Assembly: GCA_964016885.1 (NCBI GenBank)
Contig: OZ024755.1
Location: forward strand, 28,768,001-28,832,000
Length of the DNA stretch: 64,000 nucleotides
From: Eledone cirrhosa
Taxonomy: Eukaryota
Direction of reading: 5' to 3'
Positions 1 to 13,862 of this stretch are shown one piece after another. The notes under the pieces were generated by a model. That model was not told the origin of the DNA and ran no database searches. It worked only from the letters and a program-made list of their open reading frames with translations. The translations under genes were made by a program, and so were the position numbers. Position 1 is the first letter of the stretch. Each line of letters begins with the position of its first letter.

Positions 1-27
1 CATATCTCTCCTCCATTTTAATAAATT

Positions 28-94
28 CATTCTGATGATTAAAGGCAGACGTAAGTCTCAGGCTCGTCTGTCTTCGTGAAACCTTTGGTAAATG
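28..94 (+). ncRNA. Type-I hammerhead ribozyme (Penelope-like element terminal repeat)
   Basis: Stem I CATT/AATG; core CTGATGA; stem II AAGGCAGACG/CGTCTGTCTT; GAAA; stem III ACC-ttt-GGT; cleavage triplet GUA. A (TA)n tract starts at about 190. Confidence 0.8.
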
Positions 95-184
95 TAATAA
101 TTATCTTATGTTGTTTATTACATAACTAAAATGCTATGCAGCCTACATAGAGCACTCTCTTTTCCTTTACTTTCCTATGGAAAT

Positions 185-259
<75 letters not shown>

Positions 260-435
260 CTCTTTTACTCTCTCACCTGTTCCAGCCATCCGGCTGATTT
301 GGGCCAGTATTGGCCCAGGCTATTTCCAACTTAATAGCAGCACCTGAAGATGAAAGAAAATTGCCTCAACACTTAATTGAAATCTTTAATTTTCAGTTTT
401 TAATTCCTATTAATTCTTTTTAATTGTAATACTCA

Positions 436-480
436 ACATTTGATAAGATGGATTTTACTAATACACCGAAACCGGTTATA
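436..480 (+). ncRNA. Degenerate hammerhead, U3-A8 core variant
   Basis: TTGATAA...GAAACCGGT with a palindromic stem III. Stems I and II are imperfect. Confidence 0.45.
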
Positions 481-611
481 CTTTATAAAACTCTTTTTTA
501 AAAGAATTGTACCCCTCAAATTTTCAATAATGTCACTTTGACGAATAAAAGAATGAAAAGAAAAAAGATAAATAGACCCTTAAATATAGTTCCCGTGCTA
601 TTTCCAATTTC

Positions 612-729
<118 letters not shown>

Positions 730-2394
730 TAGCAACTATAGCAACATGGAGATATTTCATGTGAAATACAAACGCCATTTAAAACATTATGTCTAGAAAC
801 AAACAACTATATACTCATTCGAATTACGGACTCGAATGTATGGATACGCTGAGTAAGTTATTAGAATCAGGCACATTTCTTTTACTGACTTTGTCTATCT
901 CACGATCCACTTTAAGTGGCCAATCATCTTTCTTGAAAAGGCATCCGGTTATACCGCAATCCACACCAGAATGGTTACGTTGGAAATATAGTCATATCTA
1001 AACTATGTCTGCAATAGATAAATAATTATTTCACACATGACGTTAACAGCTGGAATTTATTTGCACATAGTTCTGCGAAATAGTAATCTACCTGGGGCCT
1101 ATAAATGTCAAACGCACTACCATGACACGGACATCGCTTCTACGAACATGCTAGTTATTGAGTTATTTCTTCGTACTTGCATTATTGATACTAACCAAGC
1201 TATGAATAGATTGATTGATTCTCAAATCCTCAGTACAAATTCAAACCCAATTGTATAGAATTGCACCAGCTTGAAAATAAACGACATCCATTTAATAATA
1301 CAGGAGTTTTGGGCTGGAAGAACACCCAGACACTTAGGGCGATCGTGTACAATAACATGCAGAAATTCGTGGGAAATTATGGCATGTTGTAAACACCAAA
1401 TAGCCCGAAAATCTAGGTGAACTCAACGTACACAGTTAATTCAAAATTGCTTTTGTTTTTGATTTTGCTTTATTATAATATTTTCTTATCTTTCGCTTAC
1501 CCCTAAAATATTTTCTATACTATTTTCTGTGTTGGTATTAAATGTTATTCTGGCATACTGAAGCTATCTTATTAAAATATTCAGATTAACTTCACTGAAA
1601 ATATGCAGCCTACACATATGCAGGCAGATTTATATATTCGAGTAGTTGAGTGTAAATGACAACATATTTTCTAAATACTTTTGTGTGTTGGATATAATAT
1701 CGTAGGTCATCTAGTTTAAATGTTAAACGTGTTGACCTAGAAGATTTCCCTTCCGGGTTCGTTGAAACTAAACCCCAGTCATTTACTAGTTGACTAAGTA
1801 GTGTAACAAAAAAAAAAGAAATATGAATGCTGACAATCCCATCCTCCAAGAGATCAACGAAATTAAGAATCTCACAATCATCTCCAGAAACACACTGTTG
1901 GCATTACAACATGACATACATTTACATGTATATCATAATCTAATACACACTCCATTTTCGGTACAGGTTATTAGGCATGTACATGGAAACTCGTCGAAAA
2001 TACATCTGTTGCAATATGACGCAGTCTTTGACAGCTTAGAATGCGTTTTACGTTTCACGCCTTTCAAGGTTTTGTACTTTCTATGTCACATTAATTTCTC
2101 TTCTAGAAACGAATGAAATATTACATATAACAATTATTCATTTTAGTTTCACAGCAGCTAGTATATTTTAAACTAATTACCTTCTCACTAAAATATATTT
2201 TCAAAATATGTTTTAAAATATGCTTTTTTCCCCCACAGAGTGAAATAACCATTAGCATATTATCTGACGTAATACAGATATACCTCGCTGATATGTCAAT
2301 GTGCAATTATATAAGATAAGAGAAAAGAAACAATACCACTTATTGCCGCATTTTTCTATGTGTATATAATGCGTCGTGATATATATATATATAT

Positions 2395-2590
2395 GTAGGA
2401 GGTGAGTTTTATTGTAGTACAATAAAGCAATGCTTTAAAGCTGCACTATCCACAAGTGTTTTTTAACCTTCATATCATGTCTTCCTGTTTTATCTGATGA
2501 AAACACAAATATTATTGCATGATGATATTTGCTTTTGAAATGCGCATAATAAAATACATGGAACTCTTTTAACCATCTTTTGTTCTTATA
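2395..2590 (+). mobile_element. Non-coding hammerhead element between (TA)n tracts (ribozyme 2488-2554)
   Basis: TTTTAT-CTGATGA-stem II-GAAA-TGCGCATA-ATAAAA; stem III palindrome ATGCGCAT. A second copy lies at 40970-41207 on the minus strand. Confidence 0.8.
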
Positions 2591-2593
2591 TAT

Positions 2594-2741
<148 letters not shown>

Positions 2742-2826
2742 ACGCATTATATACACATAGAAAAATGCGGCAATAAGTGGTATTGTTTCTTATAGCAATA
2801 ATAATATATAGTATAATAATATAGAG

Positions 2827-3104
<278 letters not shown>

Positions 3105-3745
3105 GTAATAGTAATAAATGTGAAGACTAAAATCCGAAGAGGGCTTGATAAGGATAATATAGATGTATATAAAAAAAACTCAGGAACCAACTTCTTGTTT
3201 TTTTTCGGTTCGGTTGCAACATTTTTTTTTCGAAATATTTACTTCTGCTTCCACAGAATGATTTTTCTTAGTTCCAGAAGATCCCTGTTTTATGTGAGTT
3301 CGATTCCCGGACCGGGCAATGCGTTATGTTCTTGAGCAAGAAACTTTATTTCACGTTGCTCCTTCTACCTGGAGCTGCGACCTATAGATAGTATTAGCCA
3401 TTGGAAAGATCAATGGAAACATTGTTTCCTCGGTCCGATTTGACGAAAGTCGATCGTTCCTATAAATATTATAAGAAAATCCTGAGATCCGCAAAAAAAT
3501 CCAAATGGAAGTTCAACTAGTGTCCGTCTAAAAGTCCATTGCAGAAATCCAACACCAACAAAAAACGCACACACACATTTACCTTCAGAGCTCTGTACAC
3601 ACACACCCTTATATACACATACCTTTGCTCATAGCTTCATACTTACAAGCACACACTCACTTTAATTATATATGCACACACATATCCAATTAGATTCGTA
3701 CGGACGTACAACAAACACACACATGCGTATATGCACACGCCCATG

Positions 3746-4553
3746 GCAGTGGATTAGCAGAATCCGTAGATTATCGGATACCCTGCTTAATGGCATAGAG
3801 TTATGGCCCTTTGCGTTATGGGCTCAAATTTCGTCGGAGTTAGCTTTGCCTTTCACCCTTACGGGGTCGCTATAATAAAGTCAAAATCACGCACTGGATC
3901 GATTTAATCGACTTTGCCCCCTCAATCCATGCTTAACGGCATAGAGTTATGGTCCTTTTCGTTATGGGCTAAAATTTCGTCGGGGTTAGCTTTGCCTTTC
4001 ATCCTTACGGGGTCGCTATAATAAAGTCAAAATCACGCACTGGGTCGATTTAATCGACTTTCCCCCTCCCCTCAATTGCTGGCATTGTGCATAAATCAGA
4101 AACCATTATCACCAGGAACTAATTTTATTCCGGTGGATTGGCAGTATCGGTAGAGGGTCGGACGCCATGCTTTGACGCATAGAGTTACGGCCCTTTCCAT
4201 TCTGAGTTCAAATCCTGCCGAGGTTAACTTTGCCTTTCATCCTTACGGGGTCGATAAAATAAAGTACCAGTAATGTACTGGGTAATTGCTGGCCTTGTGC
4301 CAATAGTAGAAACAATTATTATTCCTCAAAGTTAGGGCGGTGGATTGGCAGTAACGGTAGAAAATCGGTAACCATGCTTTGCAGCATAGAGTTACGATCC
4401 TTTCCGGTCTCAGTTCAAATCTCGCTGAGGTTAACTTTGCCTTTCATCCTTACGGGGTTGATACAATAAAGCACCAGTAACGTAATGGGGTCAATTTAAT
4501 GGATTTTCCTCTTCCATAAATTACTGGACTTTTGCTTATACTAGAAATCATTA
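3746..4553 (+). mobile_element. Tandem cluster of about 4 tRNA-derived SINE copies
   Basis: A-box-like TGGCAGTATCGGT, B-box GAGTTCAAATCC, body CTTTGCCTTTCATCCTTACGGGGTCGATAAAATAAAGTACC and an ATT tail. Confidence 0.85.
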
Positions 4554-4844
4554 TTCGTCAAAGCTGCAATGCCGTCATAATTTTATCATCATTGTCATTG
4601 TTATCAGAGATTCACAGCGACTATAAATATGTCCCCATTTACGAGGACACTCAGTGCAACGCGTGACTGGCATATGGCGGGTGTGGATACCTCACCACCC
4701 ATTACACAACACCAACCCACACGCCCTTAACTCACGCGCTTCTTACTCACTAGATCTGCTATGACCTCTAAATACATTTCAATATTAGATAAAATAGTAG
4801 ATATTTACTACTACTACTACTACTACTACTAATAATAATAATAA

Positions 4845-5893
4845 TAGTAATAATGCTTTCTTTATTAACCACAAGGGTTTACATAAAGTAGACATTAAGG
4901 ACAGTACAGGACAATACAGGACGGTACAAATGGGCATTTCTGCGTGTAAAAAACAAAAACAGAGGATGTAACAAAAAATAACAATGAAAAATTCCCCAAA
5001 AGGGGGGAGACTTCCGAGGAACATTTGTGGAGAAAGCCCATTAAAAGGCCACAGTGACCCTGACCACCAGCGCAAGTGCCCTCTCCCAGTTTTCCACCTT
5101 CAATTTACAGGCACATACTCAGGCTAGGCCCATTCACTCGGGCCATTCTTGCCTCTCTCACCCATCTTTCAACAAAATGGTGGGAAGAGAACACTTCCCT
5201 CTCTACCCTGATTTTCATTTTCAAATGAAATTTGAAAAAGTTAATCAGGGCATCACCAAAGAGGTAAGTGCTCGTCTTCATCCCTTTCAAACGCGTCCTC
5301 TATACTAGCTCTTTCGCCATGGCCACCAGACAGATGAAAACTGCCTACCCTTCTCGGTTAAAGGAAGAGTGTGGGGCAATCCTCACGATGGACTCAGCTG
5401 ATAACCGGATCCATCCTACACGCGACAGCAGGTGTTCGACATAAACCCACAAGTCAACAATGCTCGGACACTGGACGAGTGCGTGCAAGGACGGTTTCGT
5501 CGCCCTGCGCGCATCTCGGACAAGCCCGGCTGACGGCACTTCCGTGCATGGAGAGTTTATCCCGAACTGGCAAAGCTCCTCGGTAGCACTGCCAGGCCAG
5601 GGATTTCTGGAAGTTGTCCATAGGCTCCGGCCCGAAAGTTCTTCCGAAGAGATTGGCTAGTTGATTTTCGTCGACGCCTAGAGTTTCCCCAAGTACGTCG
5701 TCGCTCTTCCCCTCCACTAATCCACTATAGAACGCCAAGGTGGAGTTTCCACCGTTCACATTGCCTGAATGGTCGAGGGCTGCGAGCGCCTGAAGACATT
5801 CCAGTCTCCAAGCGCTGGAATGTCTTCAAGCACTCACAGCCCTCGACCAGTCGGGGAACGTGAACGGTGGAAACTCCACCTTGGCGTTCTATA
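4845..5893 (-). mobile_element. 5'-truncated Tx1/L1-clade LINE (zf-RVT C-terminus, 3' UTR, (ATT)n tail)
   Basis: Translation AWQCYRGALPVRDKL...CPRCAQGDETVL/HALVQC contains the CCHC motif with one frameshift. AATAAA is followed by (ATT)n. Confidence 0.85.
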
Positions 5894-5904
5894 ATAATAA
5901 TAAG

Positions 5905-6186
5905 GATTTTTCGCATAGGCACAAGGCCAGCAATATTTGGAGCGAGGAAAGTCGATTAAATCGACACCAGTGCATTACTGGTACTTTATTTTATCGACCC
6001 CGTAAGGATGAAAGGCAAAGTTAACCTCGGCGGGATTTTGAACTGAGACCGTAAAGGACCGTAACTATGCTGCAAAGCATGGTGTCTGACGCTCTACCGA
6101 TGCAGCCAATCCACACCAATGTTTCTACTCTAGGCCCAGGGCCAACAATTCTAGTGGCGGGGAAAGTCGATTAAATCGACTCCAGT
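5905..6186 (-). mobile_element. tRNA-derived SINE plus a 3' fragment
   Basis: Reverse complement of the SINE consensus. Confidence 0.85.
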
Positions 6187-6230
6187 AAGATATTAAAAAG
6201 TTATTAAAAAACCTGCTTGCACATAAATAA

Positions 6231-6253
6231 ACACACACTCACACAGACACCGA

Positions 6254-6316
<63 letters not shown>

Positions 6317-6325
6317 ACATACGCA

Positions 6326-6372
<47 letters not shown>

Positions 6373-6420
6373 ACATACGCAGACACACACACACACACAC
6401 ACACGCACATGACGCACACA
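6231..6420. repeat. (CA)n/(CT)n compound microsatellite
   Basis: Directly visible. Confidence 0.95.
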
Positions 6421-6571
6421 TCGGCCGATAAATTGCATAATTTTCACAGAAGTGATTAAAGCTATGAAAATCCCTTTTATTTGTTAAACTAGTTATCAAG
6501 ATCTACATTCTTGGTAGATCTTTGGAATGAGACACCGCGCCTCTGGTGTCGAATAGTGATATGATACTCCC

Positions 6572-6619
6572 AAGAAGAAGAAGAAGAAGAAGAAGAAGAA
6601 GAAGAAGAAGAAGAAGAAG
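6572..6619. repeat. (GAA)n microsatellite
   Basis: Directly visible. Confidence 0.95.
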
Positions 6620-6826
6620 CTGGTGATGCCGTGGATCATTATCCAACGTATCTGCTCGTTCCCTGATGCTTAGGTATAATTTGAAGGGGTTGAGACTGTC
6701 TATGATAGTAAGTTGTACAACCACATAGAATCTTTCAATATCGTGATAGAGAAGAACTCTACTTCATTTGTTTCGTTATTTCAACAGTTAAGGTAGTAAT
6801 GTCGTTGTACAGAGTTTTCCCAATCG

Positions 6827-7167
6827 TGGTGGTCAGGGTCACTGTGGCCTTTTAATGGGCTTTCTCCACAAATGTTCCTCGGAAGTCTCCCCCCTATTGG
6901 GGAATTTTTCATTGTTATTTTTTTGTTACATCCTCTGTTTTTGTTTTTTACACGCAGAAATGCCCATTTGTACCGTCCTGTATTGTCCTGTACTGTCCTT
7001 AATGTCTACTTTATGTAAACCCTTGTGGTTAATAAAGAAATCATTATTACTATTATTATTATTATTATTATTATTATTAGTAGTAGTAGTAAATATCTAC
7101 TATTTTATCTAATATTGAAATGTATTTAGAGGTCATAGCAGATCTAGTGAGTAAGAAGCGCGTGAGT
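6827..7167 (+). repeat. Inverted duplicate of 4730-5069 (Tx1 3' UTR, tail and flank)
   Basis: Near-identical reverse complement. Confidence 0.9.
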
Positions 7168-7215
7168 CGTCACAATCTCCATATTTGTATGACATATATA
7201 TTTAATTCCATACAT

Positions 7216-7395
7216 TTGGCAGTATCGGTAGAGGGTCGGACGCCATGCTTTCCAGCATAGTTACGTCCCTTTACGATCTGAGTTCAAATCCCGCCGAGGT
7301 TGACTTTGCCTTTCATCCTTACGGGGTCGATAAAATAAAGTACCAGTAATGCACTGGTAATTTGCTGGCCTTGTGCCTAAAGTAGAAACAATTAT
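7216..7395 (+). mobile_element. tRNA-derived SINE
   Basis: Matches the SINE consensus. Confidence 0.9.
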
Positions 7396-7597
7396 TTCTA
7401 TAACATTTACATTTCAATGTTCTTCATTATTTACTCACTTATAACATTTAACCTCAGTGTTTGCATCCGTAGTCTGCAAGTGAATTTAACATTCCTCGTA
7501 ATTTCAGTTTCTAGTATTATCTTAATGTGCTTAAAAATATAGCCATCCACACACAATACTTACAATGTGAGGCAACATTCTATCTTATACAAATAAT

Positions 7598-7785
7598 AAC
7601 TGTTTCTACTTTGGGCACAAGGCCAGCAATTACCCAGTGCATTACTGGTACTTTATTTTATCGACCCCGTATGGATGAAAGGCAAAGTCAACAACGGTGG
7701 GATTTGAACTCAGATCGTAAAGGGACGTAACTATGCTGGAAAGCATGGCGTCTGACCCTCTACCGATACTGCCAATCCACCGCCC
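7598..7785 (-). mobile_element. tRNA-derived SINE
   Basis: Matches the SINE consensus and is inverted relative to 7216-7395. Confidence 0.9.
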
Positions 7786-8804
7786 TTATACAAATAATAA
7801 CAAAATCTGATAAGTTTCCTTAAAATCACACTGACCGATTAAAAGAAAGAGGAGACATTGATTGTTAAATTTGCCGATCTTCAGAAAGTTATAATGTTCG
7901 GTCTACGATGCCTTTAAAATGGCTGGGTCTACTCTACTGTCATGCACTGGGTCGTACTTTGGCAAGTTTAACGCTGACCTGGAGCTAAACAATAATAATT
8001 ACAACATTTCATATATACACGTAAGAAAGATACATTAGAAAACGTTGATGTATATACAAGGAAATATCTTGGAACCTTCATATAAAGCACCTTTGTTGGT
8101 TCACTCTTGAATTTATGTTTACCATTCTTGTGTTGAATGTACAAATGTTTAGAATACGATAGAATAATATCTATTTTGTCTTTAGAATAATCCTCCTATT
8201 CTTCTAAGTAGTTAGATTTTTAACAACAAAGGGAACCAATGATGTTATTGTGTGAATACTTCTCTTGAATAGATGTATAGTATATAATTTGTGTTTGGTT
8301 ATGTTGGGGAAGTATATATGTCTGTGTGTCTGTTTTGTTTGAAATACCACATTGCTGGACAGAAGATAATGTTTTGACATTGGCCTTGTCGCTTTCTTAT
8401 CATTGTAATAATTAAAAGACTTGAGCACACCTTTTCTTTGAATGTCGAATTGTATGTAAGTGGACGGGAAGGGGTGGCAGACATTCACACGAGGAAGCAA
8501 AAAAAACAAAAAAATAAAAAAATACATGAGAAACAAATAAGGAGAAAATAAAACAAAAGAAAAAAAAAACGTTAACAACATTAACTTATCATCATTGGTC
8601 TCGCTATCGCTGTACTCGTCGTTGTCATCGTGATAGTAAATCAACATCATCATCAGCAGAAGCAGCAGTAGTAATATCAATATCATTATCATGAAGAAAG
8701 CTTTTATCCTTATAACAATAGTTATGGTGGATACTTACCGTCTCTATAACATAGTATTTATAACAGGAATATAGTAATGAAAGGGTTAAGTAATGATGTT
8801 GATG

Positions 8805-9170
8805 GTCTATCCCACAGCTCCGGCGGACAGAATGGAGAAGGTGTTTCCACGGAGGAAGGTAAGGGAGATGCGCTGGAAGAACCATTCCAACTCGCGAGGC
8901 TCACACCTGCGGCTGGCCAGCTCTGCGCCTATGGTGGTGAGTAGGGAGGTAGCCCTAGAGCCAAGGACACCAGTAGTATCCACTGCCGAAAGTAAGACCG
9001 CAAACCTGTCGCAGAGCGACCGGTATTTGGGCAGTTTGGCCTCCTCAGTCCGACGTGCAACAGAACCTGGGTTAGTCACTGACTGCACCAGGTTGCAGCT
9101 GGAGAAAGTGTTGCTGCAAGTGGCATCCTAGACGAGTGGTTTCCCACCGCGGAACAGAGAGATGTTAGTG
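8805..9170 (-). mobile_element. CRE-clade non-LTR retrotransposon fragment (restriction-like endonuclease)
   Basis: GKPLV*DATCSNTF...ARRTEEAKLPKY...AVDTTGVLG...FQRISLTFLRGN resembles the CRE RLE C-terminus. Confidence 0.75.
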
Positions 9171-9319
9171 AGTCAGAAACAAATGCGTTGTGACATTTGT
9201 TCTACATCGATACATCCTGGCTTAAACTGTTTTAACGTTGTCTGGTACTCCTTTATGGCTCATAAAATAGAAGTTGATCCCTCATCTGGGACGCCACCTG
9301 CTGCGACATGTTCTCCGCC

Positions 9320-9800
9320 CCCAACTTAGTCTCTTCGGCCAGAGACCCCTGGACTCGCGGCCCGCCTCACAGAAGAACGTAAAATAAAGAAATACCGGGG
9401 TGTGTCGTCCGGCCGATTCCTATTCGCATCAGTCGCCGTCGAGACCTCAGGCGTACTTGGACCCCGTACTGCCGCGCTCCTCAGTAAGATCGGAGCGTCG
9501 GCGGCCAGTCTGAGGAGGGAGCTCCGCCAGGTCGGGTGGCTGTTGCAGCGGGTGTCACTGGCCATCATCCGCGGGACTGCTTTTGCAATCTTGTCAGCGG
9601 GGCGCAACACTTCGGCCCTCTTGCCCTAGGCCCAAAACCTAAAGACCCTCCCCTTCACCCCCCCTTTCTCCTGCGACACCAGAGCTCCTACCATGCCTCT
9701 ACTTCCCGTTCTTTATCTTCTCTCTTTCTCAATTTTTTTTCTCTATATTTCCATATTCTTGCTTCCCTTTTGTTTCCCCTTTCTTTATTATTTCTATATT
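9320..9800 (+). mobile_element. CRE-clade RLE 3' fragment
   Basis: EERKIKKY...VAVETSGVLG...LLQRVSLAIIRG, followed by a pyrimidine-rich 3' UTR. Confidence 0.75.
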
Positions 9801-9826
9801 GAAAATATATATTTACCACCCGTTTA

Positions 9827-9869
<43 letters not shown>

Positions 9870-10044
9870 TATATATATATATATTTGAAGTAACGTGATC
9901 AATTTAATCAACTGAACCCTCCCTTAAATTTGACTTTGTGCCAGCACTAGGAATTGTGAGTAACATGGCGGTCAATTGACAATTATTGTAGAGATACGAA
10001 GTAATGCACTGGGTAATTGCTGGCCTTGTGCCTAAAGTAGAAAC

Positions 10045-10107
<63 letters not shown>

Positions 10108-10214
10108 CGTGTGTGTGTGTTTGTGTTTGCAGAAAGAACATAGAAAATAGCAAAGCAAACCTCACTGTGCCATGAAGAAATGTATCATTAGTTTTACGCT
10201 TGATATATTAGGAG

Positions 10215-10256
10215 AAGTGTCTTAACGTTTCGGGCGATAGTCCTTCATCAGAATAT
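10215..10256 (-). ncRNA. Minimal hammerhead-like motif
   Basis: CTGATGAAGGACTATCGCCCGAAACGTTA with palindromic AACGTT. Stem I is weak. Confidence 0.5.
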
Positions 10257-11179
10257 AGAATGATATATTAAAGAAGAAATAAAAATATTGACGCGACGGG
10301 CAGGCAGGGCGGAAATGGACAAAGAATTTAAAGAACAACAATAATCGTCATAAGGATATATCAAATATCACTGTAAACATATAACTAGTGGCAATTCTCA
10401 TTAGCTTCAGCTGCTATTACAACTTATAAATCTTACTTGTTTCTTTTATTCAATATATTGTTGTAATGTTCCAAAGAATATATATTTATGAAGAATATAT
10501 ATTTATGAAGAATTTATGCTGGTTTTAGTACATTTACATTAAGCATCACGATTAACGATGTAAGAAAACTACAAAAGATTGTACAAAAATGGTAATGGAA
10601 ATATATAATCTAACTACCATTCTTGAAGAATAAAGCGTATAATTTCGAAAGCGTGTGGAGTAGTTCTGAAGTTGTTTATCTGAATTGTGCCATTGGGCAA
10701 GACACTTACTTCACGTTGTTCCAGTTGCCCCTGCATTTCAAAGTGCCAAACGTTACTAACTGTACTACGCTGAATCTTCCTGAGAAATTCGTTAAATATG
10801 CACGTATCTGTAGACTGTTCAGCCGCTAATACCTTAAGCTTACAAACATGTTTTTTTAATTGTTTGAACATGTTGACCGTCGTCTAAAGTGACGAAGATC
10901 CAACACAGTTTATGAGATGTCCCTGCCGTTTCTATTAGGTCAAGCAGCCACGGAGAGGATCATTTATTTATTCTTAAATTAATTCTTTACAACGTAAGTA
11001 TAGAATAAGAGAAAACAGATGATAGTCGTTGGAAAAGGAATTTGTGACATCATAGGAGAAAGAATGTACAAACAGCTACGGATATGCAATATATTGAAAT
11101 GGGCGCTGAAAATATTGTCGCAATGCATATAAGCAGAGAGAAGCATTACTATAATCGGATATTATTTATTAAAACTTTC

Positions 11180-11322
11180 TAGCATAGTTACGTCCCTTTA
11201 CGGTCTGAGTTCAAATCATGTCGAGGTTAACTTTGCCTTTCATCCTTACGAGGTCGATAAAATAAAGTACCAGTAATGTACTGGGTATTTGCTGGCCTTG
11301 TGCCAAAAGTAGAAACAATTAT
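11180..11322 (+). mobile_element. tRNA-derived SINE, 5'-truncated
   Basis: Matches the SINE consensus. Confidence 0.85.
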
Positions 11323-11539
11323 TTATTAAAAATGTATAGAATGTATAAACACAGTCTTAAGTTAAAGAAATAGAAAACTAGAAAAAGAAATAAAGAGCAT
11401 TTTTTCATCGATATCCAGACAGCTTTGTTGGGTGACTTCAAAACAATGCTTTGAAAAGGAAAGAAGGAAAAGGTTCAGGGAATTATAAAATATGTGTGTT
11501 CTTTTGAGAGAGACTGAAATGTGCGTGTGTACGTGTTTT

Positions 11540-11867
11540 TAGGTGAACGACCAAGCATGAACGATTTGAGAGTGAAACAGTGTATATGGGGGATAGGCTG
11601 TGTGGTGTGCGGGAGAGAAGACTGTGTTGGTATAGCCTCGCGTTGTGTATGACCGCTGGGGCGAAGAAGTGGCAAGAAATCCCGGTGGAAGGAAGATGCC
11701 GTAGAGGAAGACCACGAAAAACATGTTGTGAGAGCTAATTTCAGATCGCTGAAGCTCACTGAGGAGATGATGAGGGAACGTAACGAATAGAAAGATGATG
11801 TGCTGAAGAGGACCCGTCCACCCTTGCAAGCAGGGAAAATCGGACGTAAAACGGTGATGTGGTGATG

Positions 11868-11870
<3 letters not shown>
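11540..11870 (+). mobile_element. RTE-clade LINE 3' end
   Basis: GRCRRGRPRKT...LKLTEEMMRERNE*K...RTRP followed by a (GAT)-type tail. Confidence 0.7.
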
Positions 11871-11907
<37 letters not shown>

Positions 11908-12079
11908 TCAGCACATCACCTTTTATATATATATATATATAAAATTAATGATCTATATATATATATATATATATATATCAAACCAGTCTGGTGGATTTTA
12001 ATCCCTATGATGGAACACATATCTCTGTGTACTTCGTTCTATATGGTGATTTTAAAAATATATATATATATTATATATA

Positions 12080-12190
12080 TATTTTTGATCAATACAATAG
12101 AACAGAGTAAATATCGAGTTTAATGTAGAAATAACTTCTACAGTACTAGAAACATTTCATTCAGAAGAAATCAACAGGAAAGCCATTTTC
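12080..12190 (-). mobile_element. Family F hammerhead element (degenerate)
   Basis: Homologous to 43085-43215; CTGTTGA...GAAA. Confidence 0.55.
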
Positions 12191-12201
12191 ATATTAATCT
12201 T

Positions 12202-12258
<57 letters not shown>

Positions 12259-12412
12259 AAATTATAAAAATATTTTATATATATTATAAAAATTATAAAA
12301 ATATTTTTTATAATTCTTCGGCTCTGTTTAATTACATTGAGCTATATCTTATACTGTCATTTCTATAATATGAAGAGGGTGTTTAACTCCAACACACTCT
12401 AGTATTTTAATT

Positions 12413-12490
<78 letters not shown>

Positions 12491-12629
12491 GCTGTGTTCT
12501 GTGTTTTTTCCTGGGAATAAGTGTATTACGAAACTAAATAAATAGTTCAGAACTTCCAGAAGTAAATTCTTAGATATTTATTTAAATATAAGATTACAAT
12601 TTCTGTTAATGATTTATAATATTTCGTAA

Positions 12630-12660
12630 TATATATACATACACATACATAGACACATCT

Positions 12661-12715
<55 letters not shown>

Positions 12716-12728
12716 CATAGACACATCT

Positions 12729-12769
<41 letters not shown>

Positions 12770-12933
12770 CATAGACACATCTCTCTCTCTATATATATAT
12801 ATTTACATATATACATATAAAAATATATAAAAATATACAAATACATACTCATACATATATATATATTCATATGTATATGTATATATATAGATATACATAT
12901 ACACATATATATATATATATATACACACATATG

Positions 12934-12990
<57 letters not shown>

Positions 12991-13340
12991 GTATATAGAT
13001 ATAGATATATATATATATAGATATACATATATATATATACACACATATATATATATATAGATATAGATATGTATATATACATATATATATATGTACATAT
13101 ACATATCTATACATATATGTATATGTGTATGCGTGTGTATGTATGTAGGTATGTATGTATGTATGTATGTATGTATGTATGTATGTATGTATGTATGTAT
13201 ATAAATGCATCCAGGGGGGGGGGTACTCGTACATACACTCCTACTCGTATATTTATATACTGACAATTATTTGTTTATATATGTATATATATATATATAT
13301 ATATGCGTATGTGTATGGTGTTTGTGTGTGTGTGTGTGTT
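12630..13340. repeat. Compound (TA)n/(TATG)n/(TG)n microsatellite field
   Basis: Directly visible; it is the source of the YIYI ORFs. Confidence 0.95.
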
Positions 13341-13862
13341 TCAATGATGTGGGGTTTCTTTGTGTGTGTGTTTCCTAATGGAGTAAAAAATGTGTTGATG
13401 TAGAATGAGGTAGAATACTATTCAGAATGACAGGGTAAGACATTTTGTCGGTTTAAGTTGGTAAGACATAATTAAATACATGGTGGCTATACACAAACAG
13501 CTGACACCCTATTAAATTAGTGTACTGGCTGTATTATATCGGTATCTTAAGTTAAAACTTACTAAATGACTGTGGTGCTTTCAACAACATAATTTTGTGG
13601 GTGGAGTAACAGACACATGTGAATGGTTAAAATAAATAGAGATGTGTAGCTACATAGAACACGCCGTCCTATAGGAATTTCTACTTGATGACCACTGTGC
13701 TACTATGTTTTAAAGATCTTTATAAAATAGTTTAGGAAACAAGAGAAATGGGTGGCACCATTCATAATAGGACGGCTGACGGAAGGCCTTGCAGTATTTA
13801 CCTACCTCGAGTTTATTTCGTGTATTCACAGTTTATATAAGTCATCGTCTGTAAGAAGAATG

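Noticed and set aside
5770-5850. A-to-I editing as the cause of arm differences in the Tx1 hairpin
   Set aside because: The differences include transversions and track codon third positions, which fits two templates better.
10614-10871. 85-aa ORF with an apparent GTAAGT donor
   Set aside because: The core GGGCAAGACACTTACTTCACGTTGTTCCAG is a decayed SINE segment.
12547-13266. Long YIYI-type ORFs (also 39339-40189, 36149-36604, 37072-37488, 51801-52201 and others)
   Set aside because: They are translations of microsatellites or satellites that lack stop codons in some frames.
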